DNA of 64,000 nt from Smithellaceae bacterium (GCA_963667845.2 CAXXVL010000002.1:2976001-3040000); one strand, 5' to 3'; positions 29,958 through 40,325 are shown, counted from the stretch's first letter. Numbers and translations are program-made. Notes: generated by a model not told the origin, from the sequence alone.

Positions 29958-30740
29958 ATGACGACACAACAACCGATCATTGAAACAAAAGGGGCGACGA
30001 TAGACTTCAACGGTCTTATCGCGGTCGATTCCGTAAATTTTACGATGAAGGAAGGCGAAGCCATCGGGGTTATCGGACCGAATGGCGCAGGGAAGACAAC
30101 ATTTTTCAACCTGCTCACCGGCCTTTTCTTTCCTACGGATGGGAAGATATTCTTCTTCGGAAAGGATATTACGACGATGCCTCCGCACAAAAGAGTCATG
30201 ATGGGCATTGTCCGGACCTTTCAGCTCGTGTCCGTTTTTGATTCCCTTCCGGTCATTGATAATCTTATTTTATCAACCCATCGGATCAGCGGGAACCACG
30301 AGTCCAAAGGGAAATTCTTCTTCAGTGATGCGCATCATCATCAAATGGAAGCGAACTGCCTGGATGCCCTGAAGTTGATGGGGATTGAAAATAAGGCGGA
30401 TATTATGACGGCCGAACTCTCCTACGGAGATAAACGCAAACTGGAGTTGGCAGTGGCGCTTTCGCTGAATCCGAAAATACTTTTGCTGGACGAACCGTTT
30501 GCCGGACTGAGTGATATGGAGATTTGCGAGGTTTCTCAAATCTTACAGGAAGTGAAAAAAAAGTTCTCCTTTGTGATCATCGAGCACAAGATATCTCATA
30601 TCATCGAACTCGTCCAGCGGCTATGCGTCATGCACGAAGGAAAGCTGATTGCCGAAGGACCGCCGTCCGAGGTGCTGTGTAATGCCCTCGTGCGCGAGGT
30701 GTACTGGGGCAAGGAGGAGGGACTGACATGCTCAGTGTAA
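29958..30740 (+). CDS. ABC transporter ATP-binding protein (LivG-like)
   Basis: GPNGAGKTT, RTFQ, LSYGDKRKLE, LLDEP, IIEH. Confidence 0.92.
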   Translation: MTTQQPIIETKGATIDFNGLIAVDSVNFTMKEGEAIGVIGPNGAGKTTFFNLLTGLFFPTDGKIFFFGKDITTMPPHKRVMMGIVRTFQLVSVFDSLPVIDNLILSTHRISGNHESKGKFFFSDAHHHQMEANCLDALKLMGIENKADIMTAELSYGDKRKLELAVALSLNPKILLLDEPFAGLSDMEICEVSQILQEVKKKFSFVIIEHKISHIIELVQRLCVMHEGKLIAEGPPSEVLCNALVREVYWGKEEGLTCSV

Positions 30741-31417
30741 AAAATATCGATGCCTCCTACGGTCATGCCAAAGTGCTTCACGATATATCCATCGAGGTTA
30801 ATTCCGGTGAAATGGTTTTTATCGCGGGGAGAAACGGAGCGGGCAAAACGACTCTGCTGAAATCCATCGCTGGATTCCTCATGCCGTCAACGGGTTCCAT
30901 AACCTTCGACGATCAAGTCATTATGGGACGTCCCGCGGAAAAAATCGCCTTGTCCGGGATCCGTTATGTTTTTCAGGATAAACGGGTGTTCTCGCAGCTG
31001 ACCGTTAAGGAAAATCTGGAAATCGCCGCCTATCCTGTGAAAGTCGGCATCTCCGACGCCATCCAAAAGGTGGTCAGCATTTATCCGAAAATCGAAAAAT
31101 TCCTCAACCTGCATGCGGGGAGCTTAAGCGGCGGCCAGCGGCAAATACTGCTCATCGGCCGGGCGTTGATCGGCGATCCGAAGCTGCTGCTCATCGATGA
31201 GCCGACGGAAGGTCTTGCCGCCGGGACGATCAATGATATTTTGAATGTCCTTTCCACCATGAAAGGGAAGGTGTCCATGCTGATCGTGGAACAGAATCTT
31301 TCCGTCGTGGGAATGCTGGCCGACAAGGTTTATATGATGAAGGAAGGGAAGATCGTTCAGGAGGTGACCGATAAAGCGCAAATGAATGACAAAATAAAAA
31401 TGGAGCAATGTTTATAA
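30728..31417 (+). CDS. ABC transporter ATP-binding protein (LivF-like)
   Basis: GRNGAGKTT, LSGGQRQ, LIDEPTEGL, VEQN. Confidence 0.92.
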   Translation: MLSVKNIDASYGHAKVLHDISIEVNSGEMVFIAGRNGAGKTTLLKSIAGFLMPSTGSITFDDQVIMGRPAEKIALSGIRYVFQDKRVFSQLTVKENLEIAAYPVKVGISDAIQKVVSIYPKIEKFLNLHAGSLSGGQRQILLIGRALIGDPKLLLIDEPTEGLAAGTINDILNVLSTMKGKVSMLIVEQNLSVVGMLADKVYMMKEGKIVQEVTDKAQMNDKIKMEQCL

Positions 31418-31480
31418 ACAAAAAAAACCGGTAAAGAAACAGACCGAACGTCAAGAAAAACTAGACCAGCAAGAAGGAGA

Positions 31481-32158
31481 ATGAATATGAAGGGACAGAA
31501 AAAGCAAAAGATAGAAGCCGCGAAGACAGCCGTCGTATTGATTGAGCCGCAGTATGATTTTCTCAAACCGGGTGGCTCGATGTATCAGTTCATTGAAAAA
31601 CAGCTGGAAGAAAGACATGTCATCCCCAACCTTGTGGATTTTATCGCCAAGGCGAGAAAAAAGGTAAAAAAGATTATCTATGTTCCCTTTGAGGAGTTTG
31701 AACCCGGATTTCCGGAAATCGACAAGAAAGGCCCGGGAATGGGAGGTCTTCGGGGGCTGGAAATCGACATGCCCACGGGATGGCAACTGCACGGGAAACC
31801 CGTTGCCGGCGCATGGGTTAAGGGAACGCTGGGACCGCAGATTATTCCGGAATTGACCCCTGAAAAAGGCGACATCATCGTGCGGGGGAAAAAGACACTT
31901 GATGCCTTCTGGTCTACCGCACTGGATTATACGCTGCGTGTAAACATGATCGAATGGCTGGTCATCGTCGGTTTCCATACCAACTGGTGCGTGGAATCTA
32001 CGGCAAGATCCGGCTACGATAAAGGGTACCGGGTTGTTGTTATCGGCGACTGCACAGGAACCGATACGGCCGAAGAGCAGAATTATGTCGAGAAGTTTAT
32101 TTTTCCGAAGATCGGATCCGTCATGAACTATAAAGAATTTTTGAAGAGTCTTGTATAA
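31481..32158 (+). CDS. Isochorismatase-family cysteine hydrolase
   Basis: VLIEPQYDF, GKKTLDAF, GFHTNWCVESTAR, GYRVVVIGDC. Confidence 0.9.
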   Translation: MNMKGQKKQKIEAAKTAVVLIEPQYDFLKPGGSMYQFIEKQLEERHVIPNLVDFIAKARKKVKKIIYVPFEEFEPGFPEIDKKGPGMGGLRGLEIDMPTGWQLHGKPVAGAWVKGTLGPQIIPELTPEKGDIIVRGKKTLDAFWSTALDYTLRVNMIEWLVIVGFHTNWCVESTARSGYDKGYRVVVIGDCTGTDTAEEQNYVEKFIFPKIGSVMNYKEFLKSLV

Positions 32159-32183
32159 AGAGCCCTCTTATTTTCCCTCCCTT

Positions 32184-32217
32184 GCTTTCTCCCCCTGATG
32201 TTTGGGGGGGAGAAAGC
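32184..32217 (+). other. Intercistronic hairpin after the hydrolase gene
   Basis: GCTTTCTCCCCC...GGGGGAGAAAGC 12-bp stem. Confidence 0.7.
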
Positions 32218-32281
32218 TCCGGAGAGGTGTTCAAAAGAATTGGCGCTGAAAATGGGCGCAAAGGTTTAAGGAGTACGGACA

Positions 32282-33250
32282 TTGAAGACAGATAACAAAA
32301 TGATGAGCCTGTTCAAGGTGGGCCCGGGAAGAAGTTTTCTCGACATTGCGATTATTGCGGCCTGTTTCATGGTGCTGCTCCCGGTTCTGGGAATAAACCG
32401 CACAACCGACTTTATGATATTTTGTGTCTATGTTCTCGGCTTCAATCTTCTCTATGGGTTTATGGGAAGACTCTCCTTCGGCCACATGCTCTACCTGGGC
32501 ACAGGCGCCTACGCCATCACGCTCTTTTCCGCACATGTTTCGCAGAATCCGCTGCTGGCCATCCTGGCGGGGATAGCCGCGGGCGCGCTGATTGGAGTGA
32601 TCATCGGTCCGGTTGTCGTCAGGACGACGGGCGCCTGCTTTGCATTGATCAATCTCGCTTTCGATCAGGTCGGATATTTTCTCGTTCTGGTGGCATTTTC
32701 CAAATATACGGGCGGTGAAGACGGAATGTCGGTCTATTTTTCCAAGATGGGCTTTCTCGACTTCGGGCAAAAGCCGGTGATGTTCGGTTTCACGTTGCTG
32801 TGCCTGCTCCTGACCTATTTCCTGCTGAAGAAATTCACATCCTCTCCCTACGGGATTCTCATCAAAAGCATCAAGGAAAATGAGACACGGGTGAAGTTTC
32901 TCGGATACAATACGTTTAATTACAAATGGATCACATTCATCATTTCCACCTCCATTGCCGCGTTTGCCGGGGCGCTCTCGATTTTGAACTACGGATATGT
33001 AACGCCGAGTTTTATCGATCCGTCGCGGGCCGTGGAAGTGATCTTTGCCGCACTGATCGGCGGGTCGGGCAGTCTCTACGGCTCAATCATCGGCGGGGTG
33101 ATTTATATGGCGATCAGCAACTATCTCGCTTCCTACATATCGCGATGGGAGATGTTTCTCGGAATAGCGCTGCTCATATGCGTATTCCGGTTCCGCAGCG
33201 GCATCTGGGGATTTGTTTCGGATAAATTCAAAAGTCGTGCGGCGGCATAA
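32282..33250 (+). CDS. ABC transporter permease (LivM-like)
   Basis: GFMGRLSFGH, TGGEDG, SPYG..IKSIKENE, LIGG. Confidence 0.9.
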   Translation: MKTDNKMMSLFKVGPGRSFLDIAIIAACFMVLLPVLGINRTTDFMIFCVYVLGFNLLYGFMGRLSFGHMLYLGTGAYAITLFSAHVSQNPLLAILAGIAAGALIGVIIGPVVVRTTGACFALINLAFDQVGYFLVLVAFSKYTGGEDGMSVYFSKMGFLDFGQKPVMFGFTLLCLLLTYFLLKKFTSSPYGILIKSIKENETRVKFLGYNTFNYKWITFIISTSIAAFAGALSILNYGYVTPSFIDPSRAVEVIFAALIGGSGSLYGSIIGGVIYMAISNYLASYISRWEMFLGIALLICVFRFRSGIWGFVSDKFKSRAAA

Positions 33251-33262
33251 AGAGAGGTTATC

Positions 33263-34096
33263 ATGATCAACACCATTGCATACGGATTAACCATCGGCGG
33301 AATTTTATACATCATCAGCATCGGGCTTTCCCTCACCTTCGGGACAATGAGGATCGTTAATTTTGCTCACGGCCTGATTTACGCCATCGGTGCATATTTT
33401 TTGATTACCTTCCTGCCCGTTGCGCGGAATCATTTCATCCTGGGCGCCGTTCTGGCCGTCCTGGCCGTTATTCCCATCAGCTATATAATTGAAAGATTCG
33501 TGGTGCGCAAACTCTATGGCGTATCAATCGACTACGCCATCATCGCCACTTATGCGGTCGTGCTGATCGGGGTTGATCTCATCAAATGGATCTGGGGAGC
33601 TTCGCCGATTCCCCTTTCCGATCCGGTGGGCATTGATGTTGCTTTTCTGGGCATCACGCTGCCCCTCTACCGGCTGATCATCATTGCGCTGGCCGTTGTT
33701 ATTTTTATCGGTCTGGCGATATTTTTCAAAAAAACCATGGTGGGGAAAATTGTCACGGCCGCCCTGGAAGATAAAGACGCCGTCAGGAGTCTGGGAATTA
33801 ATGTGGACAAGTATTTTGCCTATATTTTTGTCATCGGAAGCTGCCTGGCGGCACTCGGCGGCGTCTTGTATGCGCCGATCACCTCTGTTCACCCCTATAT
33901 GGGCTCGATGGTTCTTCTCTTGAGTTTCGCCGTTGTTCTGGTAGGCGGGCTCGGTAATATTAAAGGTACGTTCGTTGCGGCTTTTGCCCTCGGAATGGTC
34001 ATGTCGGTCACCGGAAGACTCTGGGGACCGGCCGCGGAAACGATGGTCTTTGTCGTGATGGGGATCGTATTGATCTTCAAACCGGTGGAAGTATAG
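33263..34096 (+). CDS. ABC transporter permease (LivH-like)
   Basis: GLSLTFGTMRIVNFAHG, SLGIN, VGGLGNI. Confidence 0.9.
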   Translation: MINTIAYGLTIGGILYIISIGLSLTFGTMRIVNFAHGLIYAIGAYFLITFLPVARNHFILGAVLAVLAVIPISYIIERFVVRKLYGVSIDYAIIATYAVVLIGVDLIKWIWGASPIPLSDPVGIDVAFLGITLPLYRLIIIALAVVIFIGLAIFFKKTMVGKIVTAALEDKDAVRSLGINVDKYFAYIFVIGSCLAALGGVLYAPITSVHPYMGSMVLLLSFAVVLVGGLGNIKGTFVAAFALGMVMSVTGRLWGPAAETMVFVVMGIVLIFKPVEV

Positions 34097-34130
34097 TTGC
34101 CGCCGGGCTTTTTCCGGAGAAATATAGAAG

Positions 34131-35444
34131 ATGGAAAACGCGTGTCCCCGCGAAACTGCGATTGACCTTTTCAATGCGGCGCTCCAAGCCGTCGATCCAT
34201 ACGGATTGGTTCAAGGGTATTGCGAATCCATATCCGCAGCATATATCAAAGAGCATTGCCGCAAATTATATCTGGTCAGTTTTGGCAAGGCTGCTTTCGC
34301 CATGACCCGGGCCCTTGTTGAAAGCCCCGCCGGGGAATTGATCACCCGCGGGATTGTCATCACCAAATACGGCCACGCTCCCGGAACATTGGCCGGCAAT
34401 CTCCGGATTTATGAAGCGGGTCATCCGGTTCCCGATGAACGGGGACTGGCTGCCACAAAGCAGGTCATCGATCTGCTGAAGGACGCTGACTCCGAAACGC
34501 TGGTCGTTTGTCTTATTTCCGGCGGCGGTTCCGCCCTGCTGGTCGCTCCGCAAGACGGCATTACGCTTGACGAAAAGCAGCAAATTACGGACGTGCTTTT
34601 GAGAGCCGGGGCAAATATCAACGAGCTCAATACCGTTCGAAAGCACATCTCCGCCGTCAAGGGGGGAAGACTGGCGCAAATGGCCTACCCCGCAAAAGTC
34701 ATCTCTCTTATCTTGTCCGATGTCATCGGAGATCCTCTGGATGTCATTGCGTCTGGCCCGACGTCGGCCGATAAAACCACTTTTTGTGATGCTCTTGAGG
34801 TGATCGAAAAATATGGTCTGCAAAATATAGTCCCGGATCATGTGTTGAACCTATTGAGACAGGGTTCTGAAGGCAATGTCGGAGAAACGCCCAAAAAGGG
34901 GAATGCGGTTTTCGAAAAAGTGGAAAATGTCATTGTCGGAAGCAATAAGATAGCAACCACAGCTGCGGCAAAAAGGGCCTCGGAGCTGGGTTTTGCGGCA
35001 ACTGTCCTGACCTCGGAGCTTCAGGGCGAGGCCCGGGACGCGGCAAAGTGGTTGGCACAAAAAGCGATCGAAATGAAGGGCCGGAAAGCGGCCGGCCAGA
35101 AAATCTGCCTGGTTTCCGGCGGAGAGACAATCGTGAAGGTATCGGGAAAGGGTCTCGGCGGCAGGAATACGGAACTCGCTTTAGCCTTTGCCGAAGCCAT
35201 TTCCGGAAATGACGGGATCACGCTTCTTTCCGCAGGTACTGACGGCACGGATGGACCTACCGATGCGGCCGGGGCCGTTGTCGACGGACAAACGGTGTCC
35301 AAGGCCCGGGCGCAGGGTCTCTCTCCCGACGTTTTCTTAAATAATAATGATTCTTATTCTATTTTCAAAAATACGGGCGAACTCCTTATCACCGGCTCAA
35401 CCGGCACGAATGTGATAGACATACAAATTATCCTGTTAAATTAG
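34131..35444 (+). CDS. Glycerate 2-kinase, MOFRL family (TtuD/GK-II-like)
   Basis: GKAA, AGHPVPD, ISGGGSAL, RKHIS.VKGG, SDVIGD, GGET, GGRNTE, GTDGTDG, TGTNV. Confidence 0.92.
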   Translation: MENACPRETAIDLFNAALQAVDPYGLVQGYCESISAAYIKEHCRKLYLVSFGKAAFAMTRALVESPAGELITRGIVITKYGHAPGTLAGNLRIYEAGHPVPDERGLAATKQVIDLLKDADSETLVVCLISGGGSALLVAPQDGITLDEKQQITDVLLRAGANINELNTVRKHISAVKGGRLAQMAYPAKVISLILSDVIGDPLDVIASGPTSADKTTFCDALEVIEKYGLQNIVPDHVLNLLRQGSEGNVGETPKKGNAVFEKVENVIVGSNKIATTAAAKRASELGFAATVLTSELQGEARDAAKWLAQKAIEMKGRKAAGQKICLVSGGETIVKVSGKGLGGRNTELALAFAEAISGNDGITLLSAGTDGTDGPTDAAGAVVDGQTVSKARAQGLSPDVFLNNNDSYSIFKNTGELLITGSTGTNVIDIQIILLN

Positions 35445-35479
35445 TTCTCGGTTCGTGTCCAATTCAGCTAAAGCCTTTT

Positions 35480-36064
35480 TTATCGCACCGGGACGGCCGG
35501 CCCGATGTCGCAATGATCGGAAAAACCTGCGGGCGGAACCCCCAGAGCCTGCAGGAGCCTCGCCCAGTAATTGACCTGCGCGGCGGTCGCGGCCAGAATG
35601 ACGATTTCGCGTTCTGTAAAATCAGCCTTCAGTTTAGAGACGAACTCCTGCGGAAACGTGAGCGGTGTCCGGGAAATCAGGACCGCATATTCCATCGCGA
35701 TCATCTCGCGGGCGGAAAAGGTTTTCACCGCGGTAATCTCCAACCGGCCCTGCAGCGCCGATAATTCTTCGGACGTGATACCGAACTGATCATAATCATA
35801 AGAATTCATATCGATGCAGAAAGGGCAGGCGACGGCAAAAGACGTCCGCAGACGGACCAGTTTCAGAATCCGTTTGCCGAGCGTTTTATCATGGTGGGCG
35901 ACAAGGGCTTCCATCACGCCGGAGCTGATCGCTGTTTTGGGATACCAGGCCAGAAGCTTGCCGGGCAAAAGGTCCCGGCCGGTAGCCATTCTGGAAATCC
36001 AGATACCGATTCTCAGATAAAACGGGATCTTCTTGGGCGGGTCGATAAAGGCTTTCATAGGCAT
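35480..36064 (-). CDS. Carboxymuconolactone decarboxylase / AhpD-like protein
   Basis: LVRLRTS..ACPFCIDMN, FSARE..A.EYA, FTEREIV; start uncertain (36064 or 36058). Confidence 0.78.
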   Translation of the reverse strand: MPMKAFIDPPKKIPFYLRIGIWISRMATGRDLLPGKLLAWYPKTAISSGVMEALVAHHDKTLGKRILKLVRLRTSFAVACPFCIDMNSYDYDQFGITSEELSALQGRLEITAVKTFSAREMIAMEYAVLISRTPLTFPQEFVSKLKADFTEREIVILAATAAQVNYWARLLQALGVPPAGFSDHCDIGPAVPVR

Positions 36065-36088
36065 TCCTTTCCACGATTCATGGCAGAT

Positions 36089-36190
36089 TTTAATCCCGCT
36101 CACGCGGGACGAGCGTTAATTCCCTGTCGCCTGCTGCGAAATAATGACTTTCATTTCATACCTCGACAGCTTGCTGCGAGGCGGTTGATC
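36089..36190 (+). repeat. Miniature palindromic dispersed element, copy 1
   Basis: TTTAATCCCGCTCACGCGGGACGAGCGTTAAT...CCTCGACAGCTTGCTGCGAGGCGGTTGATC; similar copies at 47666 and 51641. Confidence 0.85.
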
Positions 36191-36310
36191 TGACAATATG
36201 CTATCGATTTTTTTGTATTGCAAGAGAAGCATTTATAAATTATTGACTAACCGACAAGCCCAAGGATAATCAGGGACCCATAAGGCGATTTTATCAAAGG
36301 GAGTCCGGCA

Positions 36311-37438
36311 GTGAAGCGATCCGCAGAGTTGATGGTCAGGAATATCGAGGCCGCTGTTGTGCGCAGTCCGGGGGGGCCCCTGAAAATCGAAACATTGAAG
36401 ATGGAAGGTCCGCAGGAATCTGAGGTGCTTGTCCGAATCGTCGCATCCGGAATCTGCCACACGGATATCAGTATGGTCGATTTCTGGGAAACGTCCGACG
36501 GTCCGCTGGTGTTGGGCCACGAAGGAGCGGGGATTGTCGAGGCAACCGGGAAAAGAGTGAAGGGTATCCGGCCCGGCGACCACGTCGTTTTGTCTTACCA
36601 ATCCTGCGGCACTTGTCAGGCGTGTAAAAGCGGGCGCCCCACAGGATGCCGCAGGTTCTATGAACTGAATTTCGGTTTCCACCGTCTTGATGGCACGAAC
36701 GCCCTTCGGCAAAGCGGTGTTCGCGGTCATTTTATCGGCCAGTCCTCTTTTGCCTCCCATGTTCTCGCCACTGAGCGCAATCTGGTCAAGGTATCCAGGA
36801 AATTGCCCCTGGAAGTTCTGGCGCCGCTTGGCTGCGGCATGCAAACCGGGGCGGGGACGATTATGAATATGCTGCGCGTCCGCAAAGGCGAAAGTGTTGC
36901 CGTGTTCGGCACGGGAGCTGTCGGTCTGGCTGCGGTTATGGCCGCTCATATCGTCGGTGCTTTTCCGATTATCGGAGTGGATATCAGGCCTTCGCGATTG
37001 AAACTTGCTTTGGATCTGGGAGCAACACACGTCATCAATAGCCGGAAAACCGATGTGACATCGGACATGGCTAAAATTGTTGCCCAAGGCGCACACTACG
37101 TACTGGAGACGACCGGTCATGCCGCGATGTTGCAACTCGCGCCGCACGTCACAAAGAAGGGGGGTACGGCAGCTTTTTTTACGGGCGATGACATTCCTGA
37201 TTCCGTGCCCAGAGGCATCAAAGCCGTGCAGGTGATCGAAGGTGATTCGATACCGCAAATCTTTATTCCCAGACTGATCAGATTGTACCGGAGCGGCCGG
37301 TTTCCTTTTGACCGCCTCTTAAAGTTTTATGAGTTTAAGGACATCAACCGGGCCATGAACGATTCACGAAGCGGCAAAACCATCAAACCAGTGCTTCTCA
37401 TGAGCACGTCGGTTGTTGATAGACTGAGCTCCCGTTAG
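36311..37438 (+). CDS. Zn-dependent NAD(P) alcohol dehydrogenase (aryl-alcohol DH-like)
   Basis: GICHTD, GHEGAG, CGTCQAC..C, PLGCGMQTGAG, GTGAVG, GRFPFDRL. Confidence 0.9.
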   Translation: MKRSAELMVRNIEAAVVRSPGGPLKIETLKMEGPQESEVLVRIVASGICHTDISMVDFWETSDGPLVLGHEGAGIVEATGKRVKGIRPGDHVVLSYQSCGTCQACKSGRPTGCRRFYELNFGFHRLDGTNALRQSGVRGHFIGQSSFASHVLATERNLVKVSRKLPLEVLAPLGCGMQTGAGTIMNMLRVRKGESVAVFGTGAVGLAAVMAAHIVGAFPIIGVDIRPSRLKLALDLGATHVINSRKTDVTSDMAKIVAQGAHYVLETTGHAAMLQLAPHVTKKGGTAAFFTGDDIPDSVPRGIKAVQVIEGDSIPQIFIPRLIRLYRSGRFPFDRLLKFYEFKDINRAMNDSRSGKTIKPVLLMSTSVVDRLSSR

Positions 37439-37653
37439 AGTGCGAATGTGCCATGTTGAATATTCTCGGTGACCTGATTTTATAAGAGCTTTACCCTCCC
37501 AATAAGCTATCCTTCTTTTATCATTGTTCGAATCAACTCCATCATTTAATTAGCGTTGAGTATAGATCGGCATTTACTGCACGGATTAAAAATAATTGAG
37601 AAGTATCGTCCTGCCGGTGCCGGAAAAACAAAAACCAATCGTGAGTATCTCTC

Positions 37654-39165
37654 ATGAAGACGAAGAAGACCCTTAAACAAAGCGCTCAATTCTTGATTGC
37701 CCCGCTTTTTGTCCTGTTGATTTGCGGTTGTGCGGTCGGTCCCGATTTCAGGGTTCCGGACGCTCCTTCAGTGGACAGGTATACAAAGAGCGAGTTGCCG
37801 GAAAAGACGATTGCCTCCGATACCAAGGGCGGAATAGAACAAAAATTCATCATCGGCCGAGATATTTCCCGCGAGTGGTGGACATTGTTTCATTCGGACG
37901 CTCTGGATCAGTTGATCCGCCAGGCGCTTCAGGAAAACCCGAGCGTGGCGCTTGCCCAGGCCAGATTACGGGAAGCCCGTGAAAACCGTGCGGCTCAATT
38001 CGGATCTTTCTTTCCAAGTGTTGACGCCGGCGCTTCGGTCAGCCGGCAGAGGGTATCCGGTGCGTCTCTGGGGCAGCCGGGTGCCGGCAGCACGACCTTC
38101 AGCCTGATCAATGCCTCGATCGGGGTGTCGTATACACTGGACATTTTCGGCGGCTTGAGACGCCAGTTGGAAGCGTTGGATGCCCTGGTTGAGTATCAGG
38201 GCTATCAACTGGAAGGTGCCTATCTTATCCTTACCTCCAATATCGTCACTTCGGCCATGCTTGAAGCTTCGCTGCGCAAGCAGACAAGGGCGACCCGGGA
38301 AATTATTGATTTTCAGACCCAGCAGCTTAAGCTCGTCAAAGAACGCTATAACCTGGGCGCGGTGGCTCTTGCCGATGTTCTGGCGCAACAGTCACAACTT
38401 GCGCAAACCGAGGCGACTCTGCCCGTCCTGGAGAAGAATCTTTCGTTCGTCCGGCACCAGTTAGCCGTGCTTGTCGGAAAGGCACCCAGCGAAATCGATC
38501 TGCCGGAATTTGATTTGGAGACGATGTCTCTGCCGCAGGAGTTGCCGGTCAGTCTGCCTTCAACCCTGCTGCGACAGCGTCCGGACATCAAGGCCGCTGA
38601 AGCGGTGCTCCACCAGGCCTCTGCTCAAGTCGGCGTGGCCACGGCTAATCTCTACCCGAAGATAACGCTTTCCGGCTCATACGGCGTTGTGTCCAACAGC
38701 CTGGGAGACCTGTTCAACGGCCAGTCCGTAATCTGGAATATCGGAGCCGGGCTTCTGCAGCCGGTTTTTCACGGCGGGACGCTCAGGGCGCAACGGCGCG
38801 CGGCCGTCGCGGCCTATGATCAGTCGCTCGCGCAATACCGCCTGACCATTTTGCAGTCCTTTCAAAATGTCGCCGATGCTCTGCGATCCCTGGAGATCGA
38901 TGCCCTGGCATTAGAAGCCCAGGTGAAGGCTGAACAAGCCGCCCGCGAATCTCTTGAGCTGACCCGGAAGCAGTATGAGCTGGGAGCCGTGAGCTACCCG
39001 TTTCTGCTCAATGCCCAGCAGCAATACCAGGTGGCGTATATCAACCTCGTCGGGGCGCAGTCCGCGCGGTTTGCAGATACAGCAGCACTTTTTGTGGCGC
39101 TGGGTGGCGGCTGGTGGCAGGACAGGGCCGATCGGAAAGACACATCTCAATTATCACAGGAGTGA
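37654..39165 (+). CDS. RND efflux outer-membrane lipoprotein (NodT/OprM family)
   Basis: Lipobox-like ICGC followed by AVGPDF, WWTLF, PSTLLRQRPDI, ALGGGWW. Confidence 0.93.
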   Translation: MKTKKTLKQSAQFLIAPLFVLLICGCAVGPDFRVPDAPSVDRYTKSELPEKTIASDTKGGIEQKFIIGRDISREWWTLFHSDALDQLIRQALQENPSVALAQARLREARENRAAQFGSFFPSVDAGASVSRQRVSGASLGQPGAGSTTFSLINASIGVSYTLDIFGGLRRQLEALDALVEYQGYQLEGAYLILTSNIVTSAMLEASLRKQTRATREIIDFQTQQLKLVKERYNLGAVALADVLAQQSQLAQTEATLPVLEKNLSFVRHQLAVLVGKAPSEIDLPEFDLETMSLPQELPVSLPSTLLRQRPDIKAAEAVLHQASAQVGVATANLYPKITLSGSYGVVSNSLGDLFNGQSVIWNIGAGLLQPVFHGGTLRAQRRAAVAAYDQSLAQYRLTILQSFQNVADALRSLEIDALALEAQVKAEQAARESLELTRKQYELGAVSYPFLLNAQQQYQVAYINLVGAQSARFADTAALFVALGGGWWQDRADRKDTSQLSQE

Positions 39166-39170
39166 TGCCC

Positions 39171-40325
39171 ATGATGTCGGACAGGAAAAAGAAGATGATT
39201 CGGGGCATGGTGATCATGCTTTTGGTCGTAGGAATCATTTTCGGGAGTATTTTCGGTTTTAAGGCATTTCAAATGCTGATGATCAAGAAATTTATGGCAG
39301 GTCAGAAAATGCCCCCGGTAACCGTGACGGCCGAGCAGGCCAGTCTCCAGGAATGGCAGCCGCAACTCAGAGCTGTAGGCAGCCTGCGCGCTGTCCGCGG
39401 TGTCGATGTAACCTGTGAAGTGGCCGGTTTGGTGCGGACCATTAACTTTCAGCCGGGGCAGCAGGTGAGGGCGGGAGAACTCCTTGTCGAGCTGAATGCC
39501 GATTCAGATATTGCGCAGCTCCATTCCCTTGAGGCCGCCGTCGCACTGGCCGGAATAGTCTTTGATCGGGATCAGAAACAATATGCCGCACAGGCCATTA
39601 GTAAAGCCGTTCTGGACGCCGATGAAGCGGATCTCAAGATCAAAAAGGCGCAGCTCGATCAGCAAAAAGCGCTCGTGGAAAAGAAATTCATTCGCGCCCC
39701 TTTTGACGGACAACTGGGAATTAATGCTGTAAACCTCGGGCAATATCTGGAGCCGGGAAACAAAGTCGTCACGCTGCAGGCGCTCGATCAGCTTTATGGC
39801 GATTTCTATGTGCCTCAGCAGGACCTCGGACGGATTAAAAAGGGTCAGGCCGTTATTGCGACCAATGATACCTATCCCGGGCGCTCGTTTCGGGGGAAAA
39901 TATCGACGATCAATCCGAAGGTAGAGCCCGAATCGCGCAATATCCGGGTGGAATCGCTCATCGGCAATCCCCGGCATGAACTGCTTCCCGGAATGTTTAT
40001 CACGATCGATATCCAGACCGGCACTCCGGAAAGACGTATGACGCTGCCCCAGACGGCTGTATCTTTTAACCCTTACGGAGAGATGGTCTTTATCGTCCAA
40101 CGCGGCCCCAAGGACGCATCCGGACGGGAGGCGCTGACTGTCAAGCAGTCCCTTGTGAAGGTTGGACCGACCCGCGGCGATCAGGTGTCGATTATGAGCG
40201 GTATCAAAGAAGGAGATATCGTTGTCACCAGCGGCCATTTCAAACTGAAGCCGGGAAGCGCCGTCGTGATTGACAACAAAGTAGTGCCTAAAAACGATGC
40301 CGCACCGACGCCGGTCGACGAATAA
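39171..40325 (+). CDS. RND efflux periplasmic adaptor (MFP)
   Basis: N-terminal TM, GSLRAVRGV, IRAPFDG, LLPGMF; AGGAG RBS before 39171. Confidence 0.92.
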   Translation: MMSDRKKKMIRGMVIMLLVVGIIFGSIFGFKAFQMLMIKKFMAGQKMPPVTVTAEQASLQEWQPQLRAVGSLRAVRGVDVTCEVAGLVRTINFQPGQQVRAGELLVELNADSDIAQLHSLEAAVALAGIVFDRDQKQYAAQAISKAVLDADEADLKIKKAQLDQQKALVEKKFIRAPFDGQLGINAVNLGQYLEPGNKVVTLQALDQLYGDFYVPQQDLGRIKKGQAVIATNDTYPGRSFRGKISTINPKVEPESRNIRVESLIGNPRHELLPGMFITIDIQTGTPERRMTLPQTAVSFNPYGEMVFIVQRGPKDASGREALTVKQSLVKVGPTRGDQVSIMSGIKEGDIVVTSGHFKLKPGSAVVIDNKVVPKNDAAPTPVDE

